Translations under genes and position numbers: made by a program | NCBI GenBank assembly: GCA_946613265.1 | Contig: CAMOFK010000003.1 | Span: 24,790 to 88,789, forward strand | DNA from: an uncultured Verrucomicrobiota bacterium | Lineage (GTDB): Bacteria > Verrucomicrobiota > Kiritimatiellia > RFP12 > UBA1067 | Direction of reading: 5' to 3' | Length of the DNA stretch: 64,000 bases | Shown here: positions 42,844 to 52,317 of the stretch, piece after piece | Layout of the letters: each line of letters begins with the position of its first letter | How positions within the stretch are numbered: the first letter of the stretch is position 1 | The notes under the pieces: generated by a model | What the model saw: only the letters and a program-made list of their open reading frames with translations | The model's database searches: none | What the model was told of the DNA's origin: nothing

Positions 42844-43770
42844 TCATTTCCCGTCTGCATCCGCCGGCGGGGACGGGAGGGCCTGAAGCTCGGCGACGGG
42901 GATTTTGCGCCCGGCGCCTGGGATGTCGGCCACGAAGCGCGGCAAGGAAAGGCCGCCTATGGCGAGCGCGCATTCGCGCTCGATTTCGCGCGCCTTCTCC
43001 AGCGGGACTCTGAAGCGGTCTATGCCGGCGACGGGATCGCAGACGAAGACGTAGTACGGGCGGATGCGCGCGGCGGTAAGCGCGCGGAAAAGCGCCAGCA
43101 TCTGCTCTGCGGAATCGTTCACGCCCTTGAGAAGGACGGTCTGGCAGGAGACGGGGATGCCGGCGCGCACGAGCAGCGCGGCCGCGTGCGCGGCTTGCGC
43201 GGTGACTTCGTCGGCGCAATTGAACTGCGTATTCACCCAGACTTTGCCGCATTCGCCCAGCCGCCCGGCGAGCGCAGGCGTGATGCGCGAAGGATTCGCG
43301 CTCAAAGCGCGCGTGCAGACGCGGACGATGTCTATCTGCGGAAGCGCCGCGAAGGCATCGACAAAGCGCATCACGGCGTCGTCGCCTAGCGTGAGCGGGT
43401 CGCCTCCGGAAACGAGGACGTCGCGAACGGCGGGATGCGCGCGCACGTATTCCACGCAGGCGGCGAGCGCGCCGTCGCTATCGACGATGTCTGCGCGGCC
43501 GAGGATGCCGCGGCGCGTGCAATGGCGGCAATTCATGAAGCATCTATCCGCGGCCATGACGAGGACGCGATCCGGGAAGCGCTGCCTGAGGCCGCGGCAG
43601 CCGGCGGAAGAGGACGTCTCGCCGAAGGGATCCGGCCCGTAGCCGGATGGCGCGGAATCGTCTTCGCCTTCGGCGGAGACCTGGAGAGCGAAACGCGGCG
43701 AAGCGGCGGCGAGTTTTCTCGCGTACTCGCATGCGTACTCGGGGAATGGCGGCATGGACTTCACGATCAT
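42844..43770 (-). CDS. KamA-family radical SAM protein (lysine 2,3-aminomutase-like)
   Basis: CFMNCRHCTRR (CxxxCxxC)...VLVSGGDPL...NTQFNCADEVT...QTVLLKGVND. Confidence 0.75.
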   Translation of the reverse strand: MIVKSMPPFPEYACEYARKLAAASPRFALQVSAEGEDDSAPSGYGPDPFGETSSSAGCRGLRQRFPDRVLVMAADRCFMNCRHCTRRGILGRADIVDSDGALAACVEYVRAHPAVRDVLVSGGDPLTLGDDAVMRFVDAFAALPQIDIVRVCTRALSANPSRITPALAGRLGECGKVWVNTQFNCADEVTAQAAHAAALLVRAGIPVSCQTVLLKGVNDSAEQMLALFRALTAARIRPYYVFVCDPVAGIDRFRVPLEKAREIERECALAIGGLSLPRFVADIPGAGRKIPVAELQALPSPPADADGK

Positions 43771-43804
43771 GGATTTGCCGGCGGCGGGATTGCGCGGCGA
43801 AGGC

Positions 43805-46800
43805 TCAGTTGAACATCAATTCGGGTATGAAGCAGAAGGCGAGCGCGTGGTCGCGCATGATCCGCGAGGAGACTTCGATATCGCGGCCCTTGAAATTCTT
43901 GAACGCATCCACCCATGCGCCCTCGAGGCGCGCGGTCATGCGCCCGGTGTTCGCGTGGTACGCGGTGACGACAAGCTCCTTCGGCGAATAGCGTATGCCG
44001 GTGCCAAGCGCTTTCGAGACCGCCTCCTTTGCGCACCAGAAGCGTATGAAGGCCTGCGAAGCGTTGGAGGATTGCGCCGCCAGCTCCAGCTCCTCCGAGG
44101 TGAACACGCCGCTTATGAACTCCTCGGAAAGATCGCGCGTCACAGACTCCACGTCGCAGCCGACGCGCGCGTTCGACGCCGCGAGCGCCACGACGAACTG
44201 CGCCGTGTGCGCGATCGCGATATCGATCTTCGCGGTGAGGAAGCGCCGCCAGTCGCCTATCGGCACGGGCTTGCCGTCGGGGTTCGGGCAGATCTGCACA
44301 TCCGCGTCGTTCCAGCGCGCCTGGTAGAAATCGCGCAGGAAGCGCCGCACGGCTTCCTTGGCGGCGAGCCGTCCTACGAGCCATTCCGTTCGCCTGGCCA
44401 CGGAGCCTTTCATGTCGGCGATCACGCGCCGCTCGGCATCGCAGAGGATGGCATGGCTCATGATCTTCAGCCACAGCGCCTCGTTGCGCTCGAAAAGCGC
44501 GTAGGGGACGTCGGTTATGAAAGCCGTCGCCACGTCCGTGGCGGGATTGCCGATCGCGTCGGCGGAGAGTTTCTGCGTGAGGAAGGCGTTGGCGGGCTGC
44601 AGGAGGAGCTGGCAGTATTCCTGCGGAACGCGCTCCGTCTGCTCTTCCCATCCGGATATGGAATAGATCACGTTGCCGTCGCCGCCGGTCACGGTAATGT
44701 CGCAAAGATGGCTCTGCGGCGTCACTCCGGTAAGGCGCATGTAGCAGTTCAACTCCGCGCCTTCCGCAGGCAGCGCGCCGAGGACGTCGAGGCGGCGAAG
44801 ACGCAGCGGAAGCGCGAACGCGCCGGGGAAGCGCTCCTGCGAACGCCACAGCTCGAAGCCGCCGGCGATCGCGTGGAGCAGCATCGGGTTCACAGCCCAT
44901 ATGGGGTACGCGGCGGCGGCCACAGCGCCGTTGGAAGGCTGCACGGCGACGGTGTAGTCCAAGCCTTCCTCGCCCCACGTCTCGGCGAATACGATCGCGC
45001 GCAGGCGCCTGCCGCACGCCAGCATGGCGGGGTAGATTTCGCGTCCGCTCCAATGCACGTAGCGCGGGCGCGTCAGCGGCGCGGCGGAGAACGGCACGCG
45101 CGGCGGAACTTTCTGCGTGAGCACCACCGTCGCCTCCATCACCGGCCACGTCCAGGCGGAGTCCGGCGAATCCTCGCGTATCTTCACCTTGATCGCGGCG
45201 GCGCCCGGCTCGGAGCTGGCGACGCGCTCGGCGCGTATGAAAAGTTTAAGCCGCCCGTCCTTGAAAGCGACGCGGCGGCGGCACACGAAGTCTTCGACGG
45301 CGGCGAGATTGCGGTTCGGCATCACTCTCATCGCGCACTCCGCGGCGATCTCTATGCCCACCGGGACGCTCAAAAGCAACAGGCCCTTGAGCTGGGAATC
45401 GGAATACGAAAGCTGGCTGGACCCGATCGCGAAATCTCCGAGGAACGGCTCGTTGGCGAGCGTGAACTCCTTGACGATTTCGCACATCACTCCGGGGCTG
45501 GACTCCAATTCGTCGGCGTCGGAAACGAGCGGCTGCATCGCGCCCGTGTCGAACTGACGGTTGCGCATCGCCTCCTTCTTGATCGCAGCCTTGCGTTCCG
45601 CCGCCTTGGCGCCCCTGCCCTTCGGCTCGGCGAGATACTGCGCGCCCGTCAGCCGACGCTCCGCGCCAAGCAGCGTCATACGCGGGAAGACGCGCGTAAG
45701 CCGCAGCTCCGCATCTCTGCGGACTTCGAGGGAAAGCGCGGCGGCGAAATCCAGCTTGCGCACCTTCCGGCCCGCGAAAAGCGCGCCGACGTCGCAAGGC
45801 ACGCCGGCGGCGACGAGCTGTGCCAGCGCGTGCTGAAGCTGCAATATCCCGCGGCGGTTGAGGGAATCCAGCGCGATCGTCGCGAACTCCCTCCCTTTCA
45901 GGACGTCTTCGGCCGCACTAGTCATCAGGCCGCGCGGCCCGACTTCGAGAAAGACGCGGTAGCCGTCTTCGTACATGCGCGAGATCGTCTCGGCGAAGCG
46001 CACGCTCTTCGCCCAGCGCCCGGCCGTCTCGGCGCGCGCGGCGCGCACGCGCCGCGGCGTCTGCGCCGCTTCGCCGCACGAATAGACTTCGATAAGCGGC
46101 TCGCTCTTCATCCAGCCGTCAGCGAATTTTCTGATGGCCGGCACGAGAGACGAGCATGCGGGAGTGTTGAACGGCCGGTCGATCGCCATGCGCATCGTGC
46201 GGATGCCGGCGTCGGCGAACATCTTCACGGCTTCGTCGGCGTATTCGGGATCGACGGCATAGACGCGGCGGCGCGGCGAAAACTCCATCGTCGGCGCTAT
46301 TTTCCCTTTCGGCATCGCGGCGACTACCGCGCCATCTTCGCCGGGATGGCGCATCAGCACGGAAAGCATCACCGTCTTTGCCAGCCCGCCGTGCGAGACG
46401 GCCTTGTCAACTATCCGGTATATCGCCTTGAGCGCGGCGACGCGCTCGTGGCGGCGCGGCGTGCCGGCCGCGCCGGACTTGAGAACGGCCGCCAGATCCC
46501 CGCCGACGCAGCCGACGACGCCATCGGGTGAAATCTTGAACGCCTCCATGAGGCGCGCGAGGGCGTCGCTCGCCGAATAGACGGCGACGAGCGCCTGCGC
46601 GTACGCGCCGGACGAGAATATGTCGGCGTCATGGCGGTAGTACGGCGCCGGCGGGAAAATGAAGTTCGAAGGCGTGAACTCCTCGTTGTCGTTCATCGCC
46701 TCTTCCAACTCGTCGAACGCCGCGCGGCACACCGGAAACTGCACGGCGATGTCGCGAAGCATGTCGGGATAGAACGATATGACGCCGGGGAAGATGAATG

Positions 46801-47140
46801 CCAGCTTGCCGCCGTTTTCGCCGCCCACGAGACGGTCGCGCGAATAGTACGTGCCGCTCTTGTCGCGAAGCCGCCGCGCGCCAGCGGCGATTCGCGCGTG
46901 CGCCGACGAAAGGCGCAGGCGCAGCTCCTGTATCGTCGAAGCGATCACCGCTATTCTCGCCGCGCCCCGCCCGGCGGAGCAGGTGTAGGCGATGTCGGCC
47001 AGCGGGACGTCGCGAACGCGATCGATGAAGCCGATCACGTTCGCGATCTCCTCCGCGAGCGCGTCGTCGTCCGCCGCGGAAACGACAATCAATTCACTGC
47101 CTGCTGCATCCACTGAACTTCCCCCGGTATAGAGCAGCAT
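43805..47140 (-). CDS. 1111-aa PKS-derived protein: KS-AT linker + AT-like + PS-DH-like (both with substituted catalytic residues) + Sfp-type 4'-phosphopantetheinyl transferase
   Basis: AT-like region has AFIFPGVISF, GVVGCVGGDLAA, RPFNTPA and FLEVGPRG. DH-like region has EPFLGDFAIGS and NPMLLHAIAGG. PPTase region has GCDVESV and FWCAKEAVSKALG. Confidence 0.65.
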   Translation of the reverse strand: MLLYTGGSSVDAAGSELIVVSAADDDALAEEIANVIGFIDRVRDVPLADIAYTCSAGRGAARIAVIASTIQELRLRLSSAHARIAAGARRLRDKSGTYYSRDRLVGGENGGKLAFIFPGVISFYPDMLRDIAVQFPVCRAAFDELEEAMNDNEEFTPSNFIFPPAPYYRHDADIFSSGAYAQALVAVYSASDALARLMEAFKISPDGVVGCVGGDLAAVLKSGAAGTPRRHERVAALKAIYRIVDKAVSHGGLAKTVMLSVLMRHPGEDGAVVAAMPKGKIAPTMEFSPRRRVYAVDPEYADEAVKMFADAGIRTMRMAIDRPFNTPACSSLVPAIRKFADGWMKSEPLIEVYSCGEAAQTPRRVRAARAETAGRWAKSVRFAETISRMYEDGYRVFLEVGPRGLMTSAAEDVLKGREFATIALDSLNRRGILQLQHALAQLVAAGVPCDVGALFAGRKVRKLDFAAALSLEVRRDAELRLTRVFPRMTLLGAERRLTGAQYLAEPKGRGAKAAERKAAIKKEAMRNRQFDTGAMQPLVSDADELESSPGVMCEIVKEFTLANEPFLGDFAIGSSQLSYSDSQLKGLLLLSVPVGIEIAAECAMRVMPNRNLAAVEDFVCRRRVAFKDGRLKLFIRAERVASSEPGAAAIKVKIREDSPDSAWTWPVMEATVVLTQKVPPRVPFSAAPLTRPRYVHWSGREIYPAMLACGRRLRAIVFAETWGEEGLDYTVAVQPSNGAVAAAAYPIWAVNPMLLHAIAGGFELWRSQERFPGAFALPLRLRRLDVLGALPAEGAELNCYMRLTGVTPQSHLCDITVTGGDGNVIYSISGWEEQTERVPQEYCQLLLQPANAFLTQKLSADAIGNPATDVATAFITDVPYALFERNEALWLKIMSHAILCDAERRVIADMKGSVARRTEWLVGRLAAKEAVRRFLRDFYQARWNDADVQICPNPDGKPVPIGDWRRFLTAKIDIAIAHTAQFVVALAASNARVGCDVESVTRDLSEEFISGVFTSEELELAAQSSNASQAFIRFWCAKEAVSKALGTGIRYSPKELVVTAYHANTGRMTARLEGAWVDAFKNFKGRDIEVSSRIMRDHALAFCFIPELMFN

Positions 47141-47150
47141 CCATGCGCAG

Positions 47151-48086
47151 CTACAGCCTCGCTACGCCGTCGGCTACTTCGCGGCGGTACGCCGCGACGG
47201 TGCGGCGCAAACCTTCGGCCAGCGGGATCGACGGCTTCCAGCCGAGCGAACGGATGAGCGAAGTGTCGCAGAGCTTGCGCGGCGTGCCGTCGGGCTTCGT
47301 CGCGTCCCAAACGATGCGCGCGCCGGAGCCTGTCGCGTTCTTCACGGCTTCGGCGAGTTCGCGTATCGAAACCTCTTCGCCGCTGCCGACATTCATGACG
47401 TCGGGAGGATTGTCGAGCGAAAGCGCGAATAGGCAGGCGGACGCGAGATCATCGACATGGAGGAATTCGCGCAGCGCGCTTCCCGTCCCCCAGAGCGTGA
47501 CGGCGTCGCCGGCGGTCTCGAATTTCCGTATCAGCGTCGGCAGGACGTGGCCGTGGACGATATCGTAGTTGTCGCCCGGTCCGTAGAGGTTGGTGGGCAT
47601 CAGCGAATGGTAGAGGACGCCGCTTTCGCGCCGCAGGAATTCGCAGAGCTTCAAGCCGGAAATCTTCGCGAGCGCGTATCCCTCGTTCGTCTTTTCGAGT
47701 TCGCTCGTCAAAAGCGCGCTTTCCGGGATCGGCTGCGGCGCAAGGCGCGGATATATGCACGTCGAGCCGAGAAACAGCAGGCGCTTCACGCCGGCCTTGT
47801 ACGCCCCCCAGACCGTGTTCAGCGCTATCATCTCGTTCTCGTAGAGGAACAAGGCGTTCGCCGCGCTGTTCGCGCCGATCCCGCCGACGCGCGCGGCGGC
47901 TATCACCGCGACATCCGGCTTCTCTTCCTCGTAGAACGCGCCCACCGCGCAGGCGTCGAGCAGATCGAGCTGCGAATGGCTGCGCACGACGACGTTCTTG
48001 AAGCCGGCGGCGTCCAGCGCGCGGCACACCGCGCTGCCGACCATCCCCTTGTGGCCGGCTACGTATATCTTGGATCTGGCGTCCAT
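47151..48086 (-). CDS. fcl: GDP-L-fucose synthase
   Basis: ATG at 48086 (the track start at 48098 is GTG). [13 protein letters not shown]...GSTCIYP...YALAKI...NLYGPGDN. Confidence 0.9.
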   Translation of the reverse strand: MDARSKIYVAGHKGMVGSAVCRALDAAGFKNVVVRSHSQLDLLDACAVGAFYEEEKPDVAVIAAARVGGIGANSAANALFLYENEMIALNTVWGAYKAGVKRLLFLGSTCIYPRLAPQPIPESALLTSELEKTNEGYALAKISGLKLCEFLRRESGVLYHSLMPTNLYGPGDNYDIVHGHVLPTLIRKFETAGDAVTLWGTGSALREFLHVDDLASACLFALSLDNPPDVMNVGSGEEVSIRELAEAVKNATGSGARIVWDATKPDGTPRKLCDTSLIRSLGWKPSIPLAEGLRRTVAAYRREVADGVARL

Positions 48087-48132
48087 GCTTTTCTCCACAT
48101 TGGTTTGTCCGCTAACATTGCGCCGCGGCGTC

Positions 48133-49140
48133 TCAAACTTCGCGAAGCTTGCGCTCTTTCTCCGCGAGCGCGAGATCGGCTTCGACCATGAGTTTGACGA
48201 GTTCTTTGAAAGTCACTCGCGGCTGCCAGCCAAGCTCGCGCTTCGCTTTCGTCGCGTCTCCCAGTAGCTGGTCCACCTCCGTGGGGCGCGCGTAGCGCGC
48301 ATCGTATTCGACGTATTCGCGCCAATCGAGGCCGACGGCGCCGAAGGCCGCTTCGAGAAACTCCTTGACCGAATGCATCTCGCCGGTGGCCAAGACGAAA
48401 TCGTCCGGCTTGTCGTGCTGGAGTATCCTCCACATGCCCTCGACGTAATCCACCGCGTAGCCCCAATCGCGCAGCGATTCGATATTGCCCATGTAGAGCT
48501 TCTTCTGGAGACCGGCCTTGATGCGCCCGACCGCACGCGTGATCTTCCTCGTCACGAACGTCTCGCCGCGCCGCGGCGACTCGTGGTTGAAGAGTATGCC
48601 GTTCGACGCGAACATTCCGTACGCCTCGCGATAGTTCCTGACCGCCCAGTACGCGTAGAGCTTCGCGACGGCGTAGGGCGAGCGCGGGTAGAACGGCGTC
48701 GTCTCCTTCTGCGGGACTTCCTGGACGAGTCCGAAAAGCTCGGAGGTCGAAGCCTGGTAGAACTTCGTCAGCTTCGCGCGCCCCGTGAGCCGTATCGCCT
48801 CCAGAAGCCGCATCGTCCCCAGCGCGTCCACGTCGCCCGTGAATTCCGGGGAATCGAAAGAAACGCGCACATGGCTCTGCGCCGCCAGATTATAAACTTC
48901 GTCCGGCTGTATCTCGTAGATCAGGCGCCCGAGATTGGATGAATCGGCCATGTCGCCGTAATGGAGGAACAGCTTCACTCCGTTCACGTGCGGATCCTGG
49001 TAGAGATGGTCGATTCGCTCCGTGTTGAATGTCGAGGCTCTGCGTATCAGCCCGTGGACTTCGTAGCCCTTGGAAAGGAGCAACTCGGTCAAATAGCTGC
49101 CGTCTTGCCCTGTTATTCCGGTTATCAGTGCTCTTTTCAT
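48133..49140 (-). CDS. gmd: GDP-mannose 4,6-dehydratase
   Basis: [14 protein letters not shown]...QASTSELFG...[12 protein letters not shown]...FNHESPRRG. Confidence 0.95.
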   Translation of the reverse strand: MKRALITGITGQDGSYLTELLLSKGYEVHGLIRRASTFNTERIDHLYQDPHVNGVKLFLHYGDMADSSNLGRLIYEIQPDEVYNLAAQSHVRVSFDSPEFTGDVDALGTMRLLEAIRLTGRAKLTKFYQASTSELFGLVQEVPQKETTPFYPRSPYAVAKLYAYWAVRNYREAYGMFASNGILFNHESPRRGETFVTRKITRAVGRIKAGLQKKLYMGNIESLRDWGYAVDYVEGMWRILQHDKPDDFVLATGEMHSVKEFLEAAFGAVGLDWREYVEYDARYARPTEVDQLLGDATKAKRELGWQPRVTFKELVKLMVEADLALAEKERKLREV

Positions 49141-49168
49141 ATCGTTTGCCCTTTTCGTGTCGTTCGTT

Positions 49169-49177
49169 ATTATACCA
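49169..49177 (-). promoter_or_regulatory. Extended -10 promoter (TGGTATAAT) for the gmd-fcl operon
   Basis: The minus strand reads TGGTATAAT, about 29 nt upstream of ATG 49140. Confidence 0.5.
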
Positions 49178-49330
49178 AATTTGCGCGGAGCGCGTCAAAG
49201 CCGCCGCCTTTGTCCTGGCCGCGAACCGATCGTACCGCCCCCTTGCAGGCGGAATTCCGATCCTGTCTTCCGGCAAGCGGGAAACGAGACGGCGGCTCCG
49301 TCCATTCGGGAACTTGTCTTTCTTCCCTTA

Positions 49331-49363
49331 TATATAGAGAGACGCGATATATAGGGAGACGCG
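49331..49363. repeat. 17-bp tandem direct repeat TATATAG(A/G)GAGACGCG x2
   Basis: Copies at 49331-49346 and 49348-49363, with 15 of 16 positions identical. Lies in the gmd/rph divergent intergenic region. Confidence 0.8.
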
Positions 49364-49484
49364 GCATTCGGCAAAACCAAAAAACGCCGCGGCGGCGAAT
49401 CAAGCCGGGAAAATTTGATACAATATGCGCCGGCGCTGCGAACGCACGCGCAATCCATCCGCAAAGCCGGGGCAGAAGCAGAAC

Positions 49485-50180
49485 ATGAAAAAAGCCAATG
49501 AACTGAGGGAAATCGAATTTGTCCGCGACTTTACGAAGTATGCGGCCGGAAGCGTTCTGATCAAATGGGGCGGGACGTGGGTCCTTTGCACCGCGAGCGT
49601 CGAAAACAAGGTGCCGCCGTTCCTCAGAGACACCGGGCGCGGCTGGGTCACGGCGGAATACGCGATGCTTCCGTCCAGCACAAGAGAGCGCAAGGAACGC
49701 GACATCAAAAAGCTGAAGCCGGACGCACGCTCCACGGAGATTCAGCGCCTCGTAGGGCGCGCGCTGCGCGCGGCCATCGAACTGGAGGCGCTGGGCGAAC
49801 GCCAGATCGTCATCGATTGCGATGTTCTCCAGGCCGACGGCGGGACGCGCTGCGCCTCCATCACCGGCGGTATGGTGGCGCTGGAACTCGCCGTGCGCAA
49901 GCTCCTCGCGGAAGGCGCGATCGAGCGCAATCCGATAATCCACCGCGTCGCCGCTGTTTCCGTTGGGATCTGCGAAGGCAAGCCCGTGTTGGATTTGGAC
50001 TACGCGCACGATTCGTCTGCCGACGTCGATATGAATATCGTGATGACGGACGACGGGCGCTTCGTGGAAATGCAAGGCACGGCGGAACACGAGCCGTTCA
50101 CTCCGGAGCAGCTCGAAAAGCTGCTCGCGCTCGCCCGCAAAGGGCTGCGCAAAATCTTCGAAATCATGGGCAAGATGTGA
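49485..50180 (+). CDS. rph: Ribonuclease PH
   Basis: ORF trimmed to ATG 49485. AGSVLIKWGGTWVLCTASV...GWVTAEYAMLPSST...DCDVLQADGGTR. Confidence 0.9.
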   Translation: MKKANELREIEFVRDFTKYAAGSVLIKWGGTWVLCTASVENKVPPFLRDTGRGWVTAEYAMLPSSTRERKERDIKKLKPDARSTEIQRLVGRALRAAIELEALGERQIVIDCDVLQADGGTRCASITGGMVALELAVRKLLAEGAIERNPIIHRVAAVSVGICEGKPVLDLDYAHDSSADVDMNIVMTDDGRFVEMQGTAEHEPFTPEQLEKLLALARKGLRKIFEIMGKM

Positions 50181-51142
50181 ACAGTCCGCTCTACACCGTC
50201 CTCATAGTCACGTGGAACGGCGACGGCCTGCTCGAAAACTGCCTCCGCTCCATCGCCGCCGCGACGGCGCCGACGCCGCATTGCGTCGTCGTGGACAACG
50301 CCGCGCTCGAATCCACGCGCGAGCTTTGCGGGCGTTTCGCTTTCGCCACGTACGTCCGCGCCCCGGAGAATCTCGGCTTCGCCGGAGGGAACGATCTGGG
50401 ACTGCTGTATTGCACGACGAAATACGTCTGCCTGCTCAACAACGATACGATCGTTCACGAAGATTCATTCGCGCCGCTCGTCGATTTCTTGGAGCGGCAC
50501 GATAATATCGCGGTTGCGCAGGGGACGATGAAACTCCCGAACTGCGGCGGCACGCTCGACGATTGCGGCACGGTGCTGAAGTGGTACGGATTGCAGCGCC
50601 ACCGCTATTTCAGGGCGCCCGCGCCTCCCGCGCTCGCGCCAGTCGCGGTGTTCGCCGCCAAAGGCGCTTTCATGATGATCCGCAAAGCCGTAGTCGCCGA
50701 AACCGGCGGGACGCTTTTCCACGCCCATTTCAAGAGCTACTACGAAGAAACGGACTTCTGCCACCGGGTGTGGCTTGCAGGCCGCGAAGTATGGTTCGTG
50801 CCGACTCCGCCGATCGACCATCTTCTCGGCGCCACCTCGTCGCGCTTCGACAATGCCGCAATCTGGCGGCAGTATGTCGCGAACATCTTCTTTTCGTTCT
50901 CCGCGAATTTCTCGTTGGAGGGCAAGGCGAGGATACTCGTCCCCTTCTGCTTCGTCTATCTGGCGTTTACGCTGCTCTGCCTGGCGAAAGGCAGGTTCCG
51001 GCTCTTTCTGGCGATGCTGCAAGTGCCGCTCGTGAACTTCAAGCGGCGCAAAGAGTTGCGAGACGCGAAAGCGGCCGTCAAGCACTGCAGGAAGCTCCCG
51101 GATCGCGAAATCCTCCGGCGCGTCATGCGTGCGCGGGACTGA
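50177..51142 (+). CDS. Glycosyltransferase family 2 (rhamnosyltransferase-like)
   Basis: GTG at 50177 inside ATGTGA, overlapping the rph stop. YTVLIVTWNG...VVVDNAALEST...NLGFAGGNDLG...LNNDT. Confidence 0.65.
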   Translation: MNSPLYTVLIVTWNGDGLLENCLRSIAAATAPTPHCVVVDNAALESTRELCGRFAFATYVRAPENLGFAGGNDLGLLYCTTKYVCLLNNDTIVHEDSFAPLVDFLERHDNIAVAQGTMKLPNCGGTLDDCGTVLKWYGLQRHRYFRAPAPPALAPVAVFAAKGAFMMIRKAVVAETGGTLFHAHFKSYYEETDFCHRVWLAGREVWFVPTPPIDHLLGATSSRFDNAAIWRQYVANIFFSFSANFSLEGKARILVPFCFVYLAFTLLCLAKGRFRLFLAMLQVPLVNFKRRKELRDAKAAVKHCRKLPDREILRRVMRARD

Positions 51143-51169
51143 GCGCCCGCCGCCGCGGATGCAGAAATA

Positions 51170-51178
51170 TGGTATAAT
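51170..51178 (+). promoter_or_regulatory. Extended -10 promoter (TGGTATAAT) for the eight-gene exported-protein operon
   Basis: Perfect TGnTATAAT. Leader of about 55 nt with a GGGAGA Shine-Dalgarno before ATG 51240. Confidence 0.5.
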
Positions 51179-51239
51179 AATGCGCACGCACGGCGGGGAT
51201 CCGCCGCGCCGCAAAAACCGGAAACACGGGAGACGTGAC

Positions 51240-51623
51240 ATGAAGAAAAACATACTTGCCGCTCTCGCCGCGGCGTGCGCGCTGGCGCTCGGCGGTTGCA
51301 CAAGCCTGCACACCGCGCCGGACGACCGCCGCGTCACTGTCGCGCCGGCGCTCGGCGATTCCGTCTGGGTGACCGACGTGCGCATGGCGAAGGGACGTTC
51401 GCAATGCTACACGCTGCAAGCGAACATCGCAAACAACACTTCCAGCGTCGCGCAACTGGAGTACTGCGTAATCTGGCTCGACTCCACGGGAATGGAGATT
51501 TCCACGCTCTTGAGCGGCTGGCAGTTCGCGTCGCTCGCGCCTCGCGAAGTACGCGGCCTGACGGCGACGGCGCCTTCCCCGGATGCGTGCGACTTCCGCT
51601 TCTACGTGCAACCTGCAAGGTAA
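51240..51623 (+). CDS. YcfL-like (DUF1425) lipoprotein
   Basis: Lipobox in MKKNILAALAAACALALGGC. LEYCVIWLDSTGMEI...DFRFYV resembles the YcfL pattern. Confidence 0.55.
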   Translation: MKKNILAALAAACALALGGCTSLHTAPDDRRVTVAPALGDSVWVTDVRMAKGRSQCYTLQANIANNTSSVAQLEYCVIWLDSTGMEISTLLSGWQFASLAPREVRGLTATAPSPDACDFRFYVQPAR

Positions 51624-51662
51624 AACGCATCTCCACCAAACTCCAACAAACGAGGACCAGAC

Positions 51663-52271
51663 ATGATCGCCAGATTTGCAACTTTCGCGGTGGCCGCGCT
51701 TCTTCTCGCTGGCTGCACAACGCCAACTACGCGCATCGACATCCGCAACGACCGCGGGCCGGCAGTCGCCGCGCTCGACTATCGCGACATCAAGGAAGCC
51801 GTAAGCGAGCTCGCGCAGAGCCTTTTCAGGACCGGGCGGCTGAATCGCGCGGACGGCAAACTCAACGTGCTGACCGTCGGCAATGTAGAGAACGACACGA
51901 TGCAGCATCTCGATACGGACATCCTCACCAACTACCTCGTCGAAGAAATGGTGAACTCCGGGCAAGTCCTCGTATCTTCGGCGATCTCGCACGGCGCTTC
52001 GCAGCGCGACGAGATGATCGGCGCCGTGCGCTCCGTGCGCGGCGACCCGGAATTCAACCAGTCCACCGTCGCCGCGCAAGGCCAGCTCGTAGATGCGAAC
52101 CTATCGCTCAAAGGCAAGATCGTGCAGCGCGAGCTTCGCATGGACGGCGGCGACAAGCAAGTGGAATACTACTTCTCGATGATGCTCACGGACACCCACA
52201 CGGGGCTGAGGCTCTGGCAAAAGCAGCACCTCATCGGCAAGCGCACGGATGCGCGCACGCCGACATGGTGA
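51663..52271 (+). CDS. LpoB/FlgO-like (COG3417-type) lipoprotein
   Basis: Lipobox LLLAGC. LNVLTVGNVENDT...LTNYLVEEMVNSGQ...YYFSMMLTDTHTGLRLW is the typical LpoB-fold pattern. Confidence 0.6.
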   Translation: MIARFATFAVAALLLAGCTTPTTRIDIRNDRGPAVAALDYRDIKEAVSELAQSLFRTGRLNRADGKLNVLTVGNVENDTMQHLDTDILTNYLVEEMVNSGQVLVSSAISHGASQRDEMIGAVRSVRGDPEFNQSTVAAQGQLVDANLSLKGKIVQRELRMDGGDKQVEYYFSMMLTDTHTGLRLWQKQHLIGKRTDARTPTW

Positions 52272-52317
52272 TGCGCCGCACCCCCATCAACACAACACGC
52301 GAAACCAGGCGACTACG

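Noticed and set aside
43754-46531. 925-aa plus-strand ORF, and the 460-aa minus-strand ORF 43767-45149
   Set aside because: Both overlap the 1111-aa PKS-like/PPTase frame, which is the only one with recognisable motifs. The others are Arg/Gly/Ala shadows.
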